This document shows positions 37,180 to 50,600 of a stretch of DNA of 64,000 nt, in pieces (positions within the stretch are counted from its first letter, which is position 1; each line of letters opens with the position of its first letter). The translations under genes were made by a program, and so were the position numbers. The stretch lies in contig JAUCBJ010009108.1 of NCBI GenBank assembly GCA_032718475.1, forward strand, positions 78,971-142,970. Direction: 5' to 3'. Source of the stretch: Nemertoderma westbladi. Its lineage: Eukaryota > Animalia > Xenacoelomorpha. The notes under the pieces are model-generated. The model searched no databases. It had not been told where the DNA came from and saw only the letters and a program-made list of their open reading frames with translations.

Positions 37180-39327
37180 AACAAAGAAAGGCGAGCGAAG
37201 CGAGCCGAAATTTTTAAAGCATTAACTAAACAGATAAATTAGCCCGTATATGGTCTTGGTCTTCCCCACTGGCAGACAGCAGACAGGTAATGCAATATTT
37301 GAGGCACTTCGCCGTACCGTAATTGTTAAACAAACAAATTGGTCCTGGTTTATATTTTGGGAGCGCCAAAACCGCCAAAGCGTTTTGGGATTGTCAAGCG
37401 CACGGGGCGCCAAATTGGCGCGTTTTTATTGTAAAGAGCGCCGGATTAATCCGGTTCTAAGTGTATGTATTCCAGTCTGGGTACAGTGTAGCTTACATTT
37501 GGCACCAAAATTTCCACATTTTTAATTTTAGTGACATGAAGTGCATAAATTATGACCCTTTTTTCGAGAAAGTTATGTTTGTGAATCTTAATAAATCATG
37601 TACCCTCATCGTGCAGTAGAATAAATAAAATACCAAAAATGACGAGTATCGGTATGTACAGTATGTATACTATAGGCATACTGTACTGTACAGTGCTGCA
37701 GTGTACACTGTACTGTACAGTGCTGCAGTGTACACTGCTGTACTGTACATGACATGAATCTTAGAATCGACCTTCTAAACACTCTCTGTTTAGGAGGAGG
37801 CGGTTCCCATATTTTCAGACGAAAAGTTTTTGTATAATTTTTATTTGATTTTTTTATTTTAATTGTATTGCAGTAGCGTCAATAGGACATTCATAGGACT
37901 GTAGGACTTAGGGTCATACTGGTGTACTAGTGCTGTACTGCTGTAGTGGACTGCTGTACTGACATACTGTTCTACAGTTCTATGTCAGTATGCAGACTGA
38001 AGACACTGATTATAGTTTCAACATTGACTCTTTAAACTTCAGGACCAACTAAACTAACGGAACCGTCTGAGATTCCGAATCTGTTTGACTGTTTGAAGCT
38101 GTTTTGTATGGTACCTAATACCTATCCGGCAGGTGGCAGGTCCGGCAGTCCGGAGGAATAGTTGGCTGGTTTAATTTCAACCCTACCTAGCAAACTGCTG
38201 AACTGGCTGATCAGCTGATGCTGGGTCAATCTACCGCACCGGTCCGGTATGGCAGTATGGTACCGGCTGACCGGTACCAGTACTGCAGTACTGCATTAGG
38301 CCTAAAGCTGTAAAGCAGTGTATGGTGTAAACTAACAAACAGACAAATTAATCAACAAATTATCGAATCGCGATAGCCTAGGTTTCATCGATGTTGTGGC
38401 GACACGTGGCTATACAGGTTGGAACTTAAGAAAGAAAGGTCTTTTTAATTAGTACCGGTAGCGGTAGGCCCTATTACTGCTATTAATGCAGTAATGGGAA
38501 GGTTCTGCTAACAGAGTAGGCCTATGAGTATGACGATATGAACAGGACTGCAGGATTGTACATCGATTCCATCCTTTAGTAATTCTCCTTGTCCTGTTGT
38601 CCGGTAAAACATTATTAACATTTCCGATTTAATTCACCAGTAGGTACGCGTTTGATATACGCACGCCTAGCCCTTGATAAGATTGCGGTTACTGAGTTAA
38701 CGTCTGTATTTCAGATTACCACACTTGCGTGTTGTAAATAGTTTTCCTACAGTCCTACAAATATTAAACTTAAAAAAGGTGCAAATAATATTAAAATTGC
38801 ATTAACTCTTGCAGTCTTGCACAGTTGCTGGCCTGTATGGAATCCATCCAAAAAGTGCGCCGGATAGCGCGCCGACCAATTTTTATGCGCGCCGCGCCGA
38901 CCAATTTTTATGCGCGCCGCGCGCCGATGCAATTTCGAAGCAAACCCCACGCCAACGAAATTGTTAAGCGCGCCGCACATCTGCACATAGAAACAATTTT
39001 GAAGAGCGCCACGCCAATGTAATTTCACTTTAGGAGTGTAACCAGTCTGCCAATGTCAGTACTGCTGTACCTGTCCCTTTTCAGCAGTACCAGTAACCAT
39101 ACAACAGAGAAAAGAAAGGCGAGCAAAGCGAGCCGAAATTTTTAAACAGCTACCGGTAATGTAATTTTTAAGGCGCTTCCATAATTGTTAAACCAACAAA
39201 TCGGCGCCGGTTTTTATTTTTGGAAGCGCCACGCGCCAAAGCCGGAGCGCTTATCTATTTTCGAGCGCGCTTTTATTGTAAAGCACGCCGGATTAATCCG
39301 GTGCAAAGTGTATGGATTCCAGTCTTG
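37180..39327. mobile_element. Two related hAT-like MITE remnants (37180-37479 and ~38830-39327)
   Basis: Both share aaagaaaggcgagc.aagcgagccgaaatttttaaa and cgccggattaatccggt...gtgtatg.attccagtct. Confidence 0.5.
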
Positions 39328-39573
39328 GTTGCTGGTGTGGTTTTATATTTTAAAATTTAAAAATTGCGAACTTTTTCTACATTGATTCGAAGCTCTAGTA
39401 GGCCTTTGGATTCATATACAGTCAACAGTAGGCCTAAACGTTTAAAGTTTCACGAAAAATGTCCTCGCATCCCTATCGCAATAGCTCTATGTTTGTAACA
39501 AAGCACACTTATATCAGAACTACCGCTGTACCGTACAAAATGTTTTACCTTACAAAAATGTTTATGTCGGGTC

Positions 39574-39982
39574 GGTGTTAGGATAATTGCGACCCAGACA
39601 ATTGCGAACGGCACAATTTCGACCCGATCATAAATATATATACGTAGGTTATGCCAAAACAATTAATTTTAATTCTAAGCATTCCAGAATATCTAATTGC
39701 AAACAATGTAAGGGCAGACCTATCCATTTTGTTCAAATAGCTACTGTAATTAAATATAGCTATAGTAATGAAATGTAGCTACAGTAATTATAATACAATT
39801 AGTAAAATTAATATAAAAAGCATTCCAGAATATAACATTACGAATAATGTAGTCACTATTTTAAAATATAGCTACAGTAATTTAACTGTAGCCAGCTACA
39901 ATTTCGACCCAGCAAATTTAATGAAATCATGGGTCGCAATTGTCCGGGACGCAATTGCCCGGGTCGCAATTGTGCGGACACC
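39574..39982. mobile_element. MULE-type MITE with ACAATTGCGACCC repeats
   Basis: GGTGT...ACACC ends and an 8-bp TSD gtcgggtc (39566-39573 and 39983-39990). Confidence 0.85.
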
Positions 39983-41365
39983 GTCGGGTCGGTAGTTGCC
40001 TATTATTTATATATTGAAACTATTTTTATTTTTTTCAAATGAGTTTGATTAAAGGAATCGATGTATTTACTATTTTAGTGCCTGTTTGTTTTCGTGCCGT
40101 ATTGTTTGCAGGTAGTTTCCCTGCCCAACCAACTTACTAATAACAACAGGAATTGCTCCTTCCCTACTGTTAGGAGGCTCATCATCATGTATTTGGCCAT
40201 AGTGCGACGAACGTGGCCATGTAAATACTTTCCATGCGGCAATTAACTTGCCCTTTGTGAATTTTGTGGCTGGATATCCGATTTGATCATTTGATATCAG
40301 ATCTTTATATGAAGGAACATAAATGGCACATTTCAACATGATGTCATTTCCTTAACATATCTTTCTATTGATTTCCTAACCTTGACCTACCTGCCTAAGT
40401 CTGCAATAGATACCAAGTTAGATAGTTTCAACACAGTTTTTCCGTGGCAAGTAACTCTTCTAAATATATCTTCAATGTCTGTTTCCACAATTATCTCTAA
40501 ATATCAATTGTCGAAACTATTGCCTAATACTTTCCATTTGCTAAAATTGTGAAACAGGATCCCACCATAGTTACTTGGTTGCTATGTAAAATCTAATTTG
40601 CTAAGGAAATGAACAAAACATGAACTTAAGAATTACCTTAATAGAGTATGGTCAGATTTTTGGTGCACGGGATTTTTGTCACCTACTGTGCAACTACAGG
40701 TACTCCTTAGAAAAATTTCGGCATTCTTGTAACAATTACACCTTTTTACCGAAAAATTTTGGCATTCTTATAACAATTACACAAGGCAATTTACAATTAC
40801 ACTTTTTACCAAGGCAATTCAAAAATTGTTAATATTATCAGTGAACGACTTTTGAAAATGTATTTCGCACAATTGCCATGGTAACCTGGTTTTAAAAATG
40901 ACTTGGGTAACGGATTCTATGTTTGTGATTTGGGGGTGAGTCAAGCTTTAATTTACACCATGCCCTGGAATATAGTGTCCGGCCCTGCCCCTGGCCCCCA
41001 AAAATCTTTCTACAAATATTAATGAGGTTGCATGAAATTTGAAATAGATATAGTTTCACCTCCCTTCTTCTTCCTGGGTGAGCTAAAAATTCTTATTTTC
41101 GTTTTCAATCGCTATCTACAAGCGTATAAAAAAGTGTCTCCAGTGATATTTAACCAGTTACACTGTAGTTATTCTTCAACCTAGTGATTTGTTTGCACCA
41201 ATGGAAAGCTGGACGTCCAATGATGCCAATTTGGTTGGGAAATAGCTGAGATATGGGCTTTCGACATTTGGATGTATTTGCTTCATTCCTCTACAGGCCA
41301 TTTATTATAATTAATTAAAATCAATACACCATGTTCTAGATCATTTTGTTTATGTATGAAATATC

Positions 41366-43008
41366 ACTACTACGATTGGCATGCTGCATTGCAGCTGCAT
41401 GCATTATATATATATATGACATATATATTAAGAATGCTGTGCCAGCTTGTCGACAAAATTGCGCCACCACAACTCCCTATAACCCATGACATTTGCTAGA
41501 TCATCCGCCTCTTCAAGGCCAGTGTCCTTTAAGATGCGTCTCAAGAAAGTAATGGGCTGTCCACCATGCTTATTCACTCCATGAGGCTGCCAAAGTAAAG
41601 GATTATACACTGGCTAGTCCTCACGGCGAAAGCAATGTCCTGCAAAGCGGAGGCGGCTTTGTTCTAGTATCAAGCTTAGGGGAACCAATGAGACACCTCC
41701 AATGTTATATAGTGTCTGGGTGGAGATGTGTGCATTGTACTTGATACAGTGAACCCGGCATAGCATTCTTGTGAATGTGCCATCCAGAGATTTGGTGTCC
41801 TCAGCAGTTAGAACCCAGCATGGACTCCCATAGAGGAGTACTGGAACTACTGCTGCTCTAAATAATCGGACCTTAAGTTTCCGATTAATTCTCGGTGACT
41901 TCCAAATCCTGGAAAGCCTATTCAAGGCTGCCTATGCCTTTCCCTTACGTATTCGAAGGTCATCGCCTGACTTCCGGATCCATGATCCCAGGTAACAGAA
42001 GTCGTCCACATGCTCAAGCATGAGCTTATGCACATCCGGTCAGAGACTTGCAGATTGAATTGACCATTGTAGATAAGTCATCAGCAAAGTCTAGATCAGT
42101 TAGGTACTTGGCAGAATTTCCTCGACTTTTGGAGCCAGTAGGTGGAGTTACCATCACCCCATCATCATTGTAATGATCTAAGGACATGCGTAGAACATAG
42201 AATGACATGTCGCTAGTGTGTCTCCATGAAGGACTCCCATAACACTTAAAATGGTTCTGTGTCACCGTTAACAGTCGATCCAAATGTCGTTGAACCATCA
42301 TATACTGATCTGATTGCTGCGATAATTTCATCAGGAATCCCATATAATGAAAGTATGCTCAACATACGTGAGCTAGAAACTGAATTAAATGCCTTGAAGA
42401 AGTCATCAAAGATAACAGCCAGATGCCTGTCTTTCTTTTTTGATAAATTTTCAATTATCCTTCAAAGTGCTAAAATGGACCCCATGGTCCCACGACCTTT
42501 ATGGAACCCATTCTGATTTCCACGGAGCAGTCTCTCAATGGGATCCCTGATGCGATTTAATATAATTCTATTGTATAGCTTTGCAGCAATCGAAATCAGT
42601 GAGATTCCCCGAAAATAACCATAGAATGTTAGGTTGTCCTTCTTGGGAACTGGCACCAACTTATTTGTTTTCATTTCTTGCAGTCCGTTTTGTACATGTC
42701 TACTATGATGGGATAGATGAGCTTTAAACACTCAGGTATTTTAAAGACCTCAGGGGGAACACCATCTACTCCACTGGCACGATTGGTCTTAATGCTCTTT
42801 GCAGCAGCCTCCACTCAGGAGCTATCGCCAATGGGAATATCTGGGAGTACAGACTCAGACACTTTTACTTCTATAAAGTTATCAGGCAATCCCCTGTCAT
42901 TATTGACGAGATTTTTAAAGTGGGCCTTCCAACCATTGAGGCGATCGGCTGGTAATCCTGCCTTAACCTTCGTGGTTGGTTGGTTTTTCCGCCCAGTCAG
43001 CATTAAAT
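41366..43008 (-). mobile_element. 5'-truncated RTE-type LINE, degraded RT
   Basis: VPVPKK..FRGISLISIAAKLYNRIILNRI..NQNGF, LTDLDFADDL, and the same C-terminus and tail as 1-792. TSD tgaaatatca/tgaaatacca. Confidence 0.92.
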
Positions 43009-43698
43009 TGAAATACCAAGGACTTCTAGATCATAGTATTTATTCTGCAATAAATATAGAATATAGATAGAATATAGTACATAGAATATAGAATACATAT
43101 ATAATATTCGAAAATGAAAATTCTGGCTCACCTATGGAGGAGGAGGAGGAGGAATGATGTGAAACGATCTTTATGTTTCAAATTCCATGCAATCCCATTA
43201 AGATTTGTAGAAAGAAAATTTTGAGCGCGGGGGGGGGGGGGGGGTGGGGTATGGTCGGTTGGCAATGGGGCATGCCACTGAATTATGACATTATTTTCCA
43301 TAGCATGGTGTAGTATTTAGAATGCTTTGGAAGTGACATCTAATTAGTCAGTAATTTATTTTGGATACGTCCCATTAGCACTATTTACTTCAGCCATCAC
43401 TAAAGGACCAGACAAAAAGGCTTCCTTCTACCTTAAAGGAAATTTATTTTCAATTTTCCCTATAGATGTGAATCCATGAGATACCGATAGGTTCAAGATA
43501 GGGGTTAGGTTCTTCAGAGCAAGATCATACTTGGCTCTAACTCCAACCGACACCACTTGCACTAACTCGTTTATAAATCGCATCACCGAAACCCAGGGTA
43601 ACCCAACCCTGCGTGCACAATATATGCATCTTGGCGGCCACTACTGCTATTTATATTTTATTAATTGGTGTTATAAGTGAATGTGTAGTTTCATGTTC

Positions 43699-44280
43699 TT
43701 ATAACTTTTTGTTGGGCACAGCTTTTGCACTGACGCTCTGACTTGCACTGACTGACGCTCTAACCATTCAGCTAGCGGCTGAGGTAAAACATAGACCTGT
43801 AAATACTATCACCTTGTATGTCCACCATTTACCTCCTCATGGCCTCCCATCTGTGTTGGTGTTATGGGTGAATGAGTGGCTTCATATTATTATAACTTCT
43901 CAAATTATAAATATACAGGTCGCATTTCTCTATGGATGTAACTGTCCTGATTAAAATAATAGTTAGAGTTTATAATTAATCATGTGGTCGTGATGGTTTA
44001 TGGTTATTATACACTACCCTTTCATTGCAGCGAGTGGTTTAAGACGTCCAAGTACAGTAGAGTTGAGCACACAGTGGCAGCATATGATGGTATTGACTAA
44101 TTGGAGGCCATGAGGAGGTAAATTGCGGTATCAGAGATAGTATTTCCAGGTCTACCTTTTACCTCAGCCGCTAGCTGAATGGTTAAAGCGTCAGACTTCC
44201 AACCCGGGGGTCACCAGTTCGATCCCTCCTGGACATTATTGCCGACTTTGCAAAAGCTATGCCCAGCAATAAGTTATAAC
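43699..44280. mobile_element. Inverted pair of tRNA-derived (Gly-TCC-like) SINE-like sequences
   Basis: 44166-44235 has an A box (agctgaatgg), loop cttccaa and a B box (agttcgatccc). 43699-43848 is the inverse of 44102-44280. A further copy is at 56103-56190. Confidence 0.6.
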
Positions 44281-44771
44281 TACTGCTATTGTATGATAGA
44301 TCAGTATGCGCAAGATCTTGTGATTTTACAGTATGACACACAGCTATTGAGAGGAAAGGAAACATGGAGCTGAAGGTGAGGTCAGCACGTCTACTGTATT
44401 GACAGGACATTCCTGTAAAGATTGCTACTAGATATATACTAGTTATGATAACGAGGATCAATTGGGGGTTTCCATGGCTGATTGTGATTTATGACGGTGG
44501 TGAGTCATAAATATTACCAAAGATTAATTCCAAGGCCGATGCGAGGAGGGGAAATGTATCATTACAATACTGCCAGAAATGATAAAAGGCTAAGGGATAA
44601 TCTTTTAGGCTCGTCAGGCCAAGGAATGCCTGTTTACCACCATGGGCGATCTTCTACAGTAAACCCTTCCAATCTGTTTCCCAACTTACCTTGGTTCCCA
44701 ATTAACGACCAGTGAAGGAGGAAAACCAGGGTTGGGCTAGGCTGTAGTATTTAAAGCACTGCCAAAAACAG

Positions 44772-44842
44772 TGCTACTCCATGTAGGGATCGAACCAGGG
44801 CTTCTTAATTGGATGCCAAGGATTGTTACCAATAGAGCAAGC
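44772..44842 (-). pseudogene. Degenerate tRNA-derived sequence
   Basis: Minus strand gctctattggtaa...ggttcgatccc (A and B boxes). The stems are broken. Confidence 0.45.
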
Positions 44843-45364
44843 TGTTGCTATGACTAATATAAATGAACCGAGTCTGTGTGATAATTTAGTTTCCCCACTA
44901 TCATAGGTATGTGTGCTCGTTGTTAATAATTAATTATTTGATATTTATTTATCCGTCCGTAAGAACCTTTTTCGGTGGCTAATCTTTAACCATTTTTTAT
45001 TGTCTGATGAACGTTTCACAGACTTCTGATTACATTAACTTTATCAAATATTATGTCACAACGCCGCCCAAAACTAGCCGACGGTCTCTTGCCATCATTT
45101 CTAAGAATATTGTTGGGGAATCCCAATCCGTGGCTCTTAGTGGTTCATTGGAAATGATCACTCCTTAATGGAACAAGGATATATTTAGTTTGTGGTGAGT
45201 GCTTCGAGTTTATATTAAATGTTGATTTAAGTTTTTCATTATTATATGACACGAACTATTAACTGCTGGGTACTATATAGTATATAGTATTCAACTTTAA
45301 TTATATCTGGATGTTTAAATTAAATAGATTTAAAATTTAAAGTAAGTGACAATGTTTGTAATGT

Positions 45365-45972
45365 CTTTTATTCCAAAATTGTAACATTACTTAACGCCGT
45401 TAGTATTAACAGCGAGTTGTTATTTAGCACTTCACAACTTTAGAGGACATTACAGCATTGTATTGGCCTGTACATTTAGTATTATATTTTGTGTTATCAG
45501 TTAAGTAATGTCCCCTTAGTGGACATTACTTAACGCCGTCATTGGTTACCACGTAAACAATAGGTGGAAATTTGCCTGACAGCCAGATAGGCCTACTGCA
45601 TTACCTACCGGTAGGCGGGGTATAGCTATTAATAACCAGTATCTAGATTATTAACATGGCTCCAAACGCCACCATAAATATAAGCTAACTTATTTATAAC
45701 ATAATTTATGTCATTTTTACATTTATTTATACAGTAACTAATTTAATTTGTGCAGTTTCTATCACTTATAATATATGTACAATCATTTCGTAATGTTAAA
45801 ATTTTGGAATAAAACTACATACTGTGTACATACTTGTTGCAATGTACTTTACAGTGTTCTGATCCTCGTGGCTTTATTTCACTCACTCATTAACGTTCGT
45901 TCGTGTAACAAAACCACTCGGATCATCACACTGTAAAGTGCTACTTTACACACACAAGTATGTAAATAGCTA
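45365..45972. mobile_element. Non-autonomous DNA element (TATTTACATACTTG terminus), partial copy
   Basis: Reverse complement of 59472-60170. Confidence 0.75.
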
Positions 45973-46560
45973 TTTCTTAAGAAGGCTCCTGTAAGGCAGT
46001 GGAAATTTCATTAATAATATTTAATTTTCATTCAACATCCCGTTATATATAACAATTAAATATATTAATCATTATTGATACTTTTATATTGTGCTTGGGA
46101 AGTTCAAATATCTTGCGACATGTTGATTAATGGTACCCCTATGCGCGCTAAGGCTCACTCACCTTACTTGGTTGCTCCACTTGCTCGCTCCGCAGTGGAG
46201 AAGTATAGGCATCTCGCATTACCGTACTCCTGTAGAGTATGTAGTGTAGACATGACAGCCTAGGCGAATCACCAGAAGTTAATCAGCGGAGGAGAATACT
46301 CTAATTGGTTCTATTTATTTTGGTGAACCCATCCCCCCCCCCTCCCTCCATGTATGTACTACAGTAGTTAATAGGGTTAGTCGCGAAAAAGCTGGGCTAG
46401 AAACAATTGAATAAGGCGTAACAAGGTGTCCTGAATCGAGTGGCGGGGTGTGTTTTTTTTAAACATAAGGAAACAGTCGAAATGGCGGGTTTTAAGTAAT
46501 TGCATCTGTGATTGGCTGGTACAGATTTGAAGTCACTACAAAGTGATCTGATAATTTCTA

Positions 46561-47093
46561 TCTTGGTTTCTATGGATAGCAATTTTCGATCCATTCAAAT
46601 ACACATTTAATCTCAATCATTTCACACGTGGCTTATATCAATTGAAAGCGGAAAGTCTGTCGCATCTTTTGACACTATAATTAATCAAATTCATAATGGG
46701 GTAAGAATAGATTTGCAGATTAATAATAACACTAACCTTGTAATAATGACCAGCCGGTACCTCAGCCCCTTGGAATATTAAAAATGTGTACCGGTCACCG
46801 TTAGTGTAACGGTACAGCGGTAGGTTTACTCAATTTAATGAACTTAAGCTGCAATACTCCGATACTGCAATGCAATATGCGGATAGTGCTAAGTGCTTGC
46901 ATCTGTCAGGCATTCTGTATAGCTTACAATTGCGAACAGCATTATCAATGTACCTCATCATGAATTTAATTAATTATGCTATCAAAAGATGCTCAAGACT
47001 CTCAGCTTTCAATTGATATAATTCCACGTGTGACATGATTGAGATACATTTGTATTGGAGTGGATCGAAAATCGCTGTCCATAGAAACCAAGA
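46561..47093. repeat. ~90-bp inverted repeat pair (MITE-like)
   Basis: tcttggtttctatgga.agc.attttcgatcca...atatcaattgaaagc is inverted at 47004-47093. Confidence 0.7.
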
Positions 47094-47691
47094 ATTATTG
47101 GAATAATAATATAAGTACATAATATTTAATTAGAAAAAAATCATCTGTATTATTACATTTTGTATTTCCTGCTAATCTGCAGTCCATTTCTCGCATTTCA
47201 GTCTACGCCCACGCACATCACACAACATACAGTACTTATTGTATCTTCCAGATAATAAGTTCCGACATTGACATTGCATGGTGTATGGGAGTGGTGTATT
47301 CCCAAAACCCATTCGGTCTCAGCGCTAATATAAATAAATGTATAAATTAAAATTATAACTGCGAGAAAGACAGTTAGACTGGTGCTACACGAAGGCCCCA
47401 CGCAAATTTTGCGTGGAAAAGAACTAAACTTTTGACAAACTATTTGTGTACCATGTTTGGTTACATTTCGTTGAGGATTGATCGAGTTATTAATGTTCAA
47501 ATATTCGGAACGACAGGTTGATAATTGTACCCCTACGCTAAGGATCACCTTACTCTGTGGCTCTCTCCACCCACAATTAGCTCTTCGACACGTGTAACAC
47601 GCTTCAAAGTCGTTTGAATCTCCCTTAACTGCTCGCAATACTAATTTCCCTACAGCTAAGTCACAATCACAATAATAACAATAACAATCAC

Positions 47692-50600
47692 ACTACTGCA
47701 CGCAATATTAATCTCCCTGGACAATAATAATCTCCCTATTGCACGCAATATTAATCTCCCTGGACAATAATAATCTCCCTATTGCACGCAATATTTATCT
47801 CCCTGGACAATAATAATCTCCCTACTGCACGCAATATTAATCTCCCTGGACAATGAAAATCTCCCTACTGCACGCAATATTAATCTCCCTGGACAATAAT
47901 AATCTCGCTATTGCACGCAATATTAATCTCCCTGGACAATAATAATCTCCCTACTGCACGCAATATTAATCTCCCTGGACAATAATAATCTCCCTACTGC
48001 ACGCAATATTAATCTCCCTGGACAATAATAATCTCCCTACTGCACGCAATATTAATCTACCTGGACAATAATAATCTCGCTATTGCACGCAATATTAATC
48101 TCCCTGGACAATAATAATCTCCCTACTGCACGCAATATTAATCTCCCTGGACAATAATAATCTCCCTACTGCACGCAATATTAATCTCCCTGGACAATAA
48201 TAATCTCCCTACTGCACGCAATATTAATCTCCCTGGACAATAATAATCTCGCTATTGCACGCAATATTAATCTCCCTGGACAATAATAATCTCCCTACTG
48301 CACGCAATATTAATCTCCCTGGACAATAATAATCTCCCTACTGCACGCAATATTAATCTCCCTGGACAATAATAATCTCCCTACTGCACGCAATATTAAT
48401 CTCCCTGGACAATAATAATCTCGCTATTGCACGCAATATTAATCTCCCTGGACAATAATAATCTCCCTACTGCACGCAATATTAATCTCCCTGGACAATA
48501 ATAATCTCCCTACTGCACGCAATATTAATCTCCCTGGACAATAATAATCTCCCTACTGCACGCAATATTAATCTCCCTGGACAATAATAATCTCGCTATT
48601 GCACGCAATATTAATCTCCCTGGACAATAATAATCTCCCTACTGCACGCAATATTAATCTCCCTGGACAATAATAATCTCGCTATTGCACGCAATATTAA
48701 TCTCCCTGGACAATAATAATCTCCCTACTGCACGCAATATTAATCTCCCTGGACAATAATAATCTCCCTACTGCACGCAATATTAATCTCACTGGACAAT
48801 AATAATCTCCCTACTGCACGCAATATTAATCTCCCTGGACAATAATAATCTCCCTATTGCACGCAATATTAATCTCCCTGGACAATAATAATCTCCCTAC
48901 TGCACGCAATATTAATCTCCCTGGACAATAATAATCTCCCTACTGCACGCAATATTAATCTCCCTGGACAATAATAATCTCCCTACTGCACGCAATATTA
49001 ATCTCCCTGGACAATAATAATCTCGCTATTGCACGCAATATTAATCTCCCTGGACAATAATAATCTCCCTACTGCACGCAATATTAATCTCCCTGGACAA
49101 TAATAATCTCCCTACTGCACGCAATATTAATCTCCCTGGACAATAATAATCTCCCTACTGCACGCAATATTAATCTCCCTGGACAATAATAATCTCGCTA
49201 TTGCACGCAATATTAATCTCCCTGGACAATAATAATCTCCCTACTGCACGCAATATTAATCTCCCTGGACAATAATAATCTCCCTACTGCACGCAATATT
49301 AATCTCCCTGGACAATAATAATCTCCCTACTGCACGCAATATTAATCTCCCTGGACAATAATAATCTCGCTATTGCACGCAATATTAATCTCCCTGGACA
49401 ATAATAATCTCCCTACTGCACGCAATATTAATCTCCCTGGACAATAATAATCTCGCTATTGCACGCAATATTAATCTCCCTGGACAATAATAATCTCCCT
49501 ACTGCACGCAATATTAATCTCCCTGGACAATAATAATCTCCCTACTGCACGCAATATTAATCTCCCTGGACAATAATAATCTCCCTACTGCACGCAATAT
49601 TAATCTCCCTGGACAATAATAATCTCGCTATTGCACGCAATATTAATCTCCCTGGACAATAATAATCTCCCTACTGCACGCAATATTAATCTCCCTGGAC
49701 AATAATAATCTCGCTATTGCACGCAATATTAATCTCCCTGGACAATAATAATCTCCCTACTGCACGCAATATTAATCTCCCTGGACAATAATAATCTCCC
49801 TACTGCACGCAATATTAATCTCACTGGACAATAATAATCTCCCTACTGCACGCAATATTAATCTCCCCACTGCATGCAATAATAATCTCCCTACTGCACG
49901 CAATATTAAATTCCCTGGACAATAATAATCTCCCTACTGCACGCAATATTAATCTCCATGGACAATAATAATCTCCCTATTGCACGCAATATTTATCTCC
50001 CTGGACAATAATAATCTCCCTACTGCACGCAATATTAATCTCCCTGGACAATAATAATCTCCCTACTGCACGCAATATTAATCTCCCTGGACAATAATAA
50101 TCTCGCATTGCACGCAATATTAATCTCCCTGGACAATAATAATCTCCCTACTGCACGCAATATTAATCTCCCCACTGCATGCAATAATAATCTCCCTACT
50201 GCACGCAATAATAATCTCCCTACTGCACGCAATATTAAACTCCCTGGACAATAATAATCTCCCTACTGCACGCAATATTAATCTCCATGGACAATAATAA
50301 TCTCCCTATTGCACGCAATATTTATCTCCCTGGACAATAATAATCTCCCTACTGCACGCAATATTAATCTCCCTGGACAATAATAATCTCCCTACTGCAC
50401 GCAATATTAATCTCCCTGGACAATAATAATCTCGCATTGCACGCAATATTAATCTCCCTGGACAATAATAATCTCCCTACTGCACGCAATATTAATCTCC
50501 CTGGACAATAATAATCTCCCTACTGCACGCAATATTAATCTCCCTGGACAATAATAATCTCGCATTGCACGCAATATTAATCTCCCTGGACAATAATAAT

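Noticed and set aside
44160-44240. Functional tRNA-Gly gene
   Set aside because: The acceptor and anticodon stems do not pair, and related copies share a non-tRNA tail.
43330-44720. Host exons (43400-43580 minus; ORF 44491-44715 plus)
   Set aside because: Coding-like composition but short, interrupted by stops, and with no recognisable motif.
47198-47638. 146-aa minus-strand ORF
   Set aside because: Non-ATG start, no recognisable domain, and it contains MITE-like sequence.
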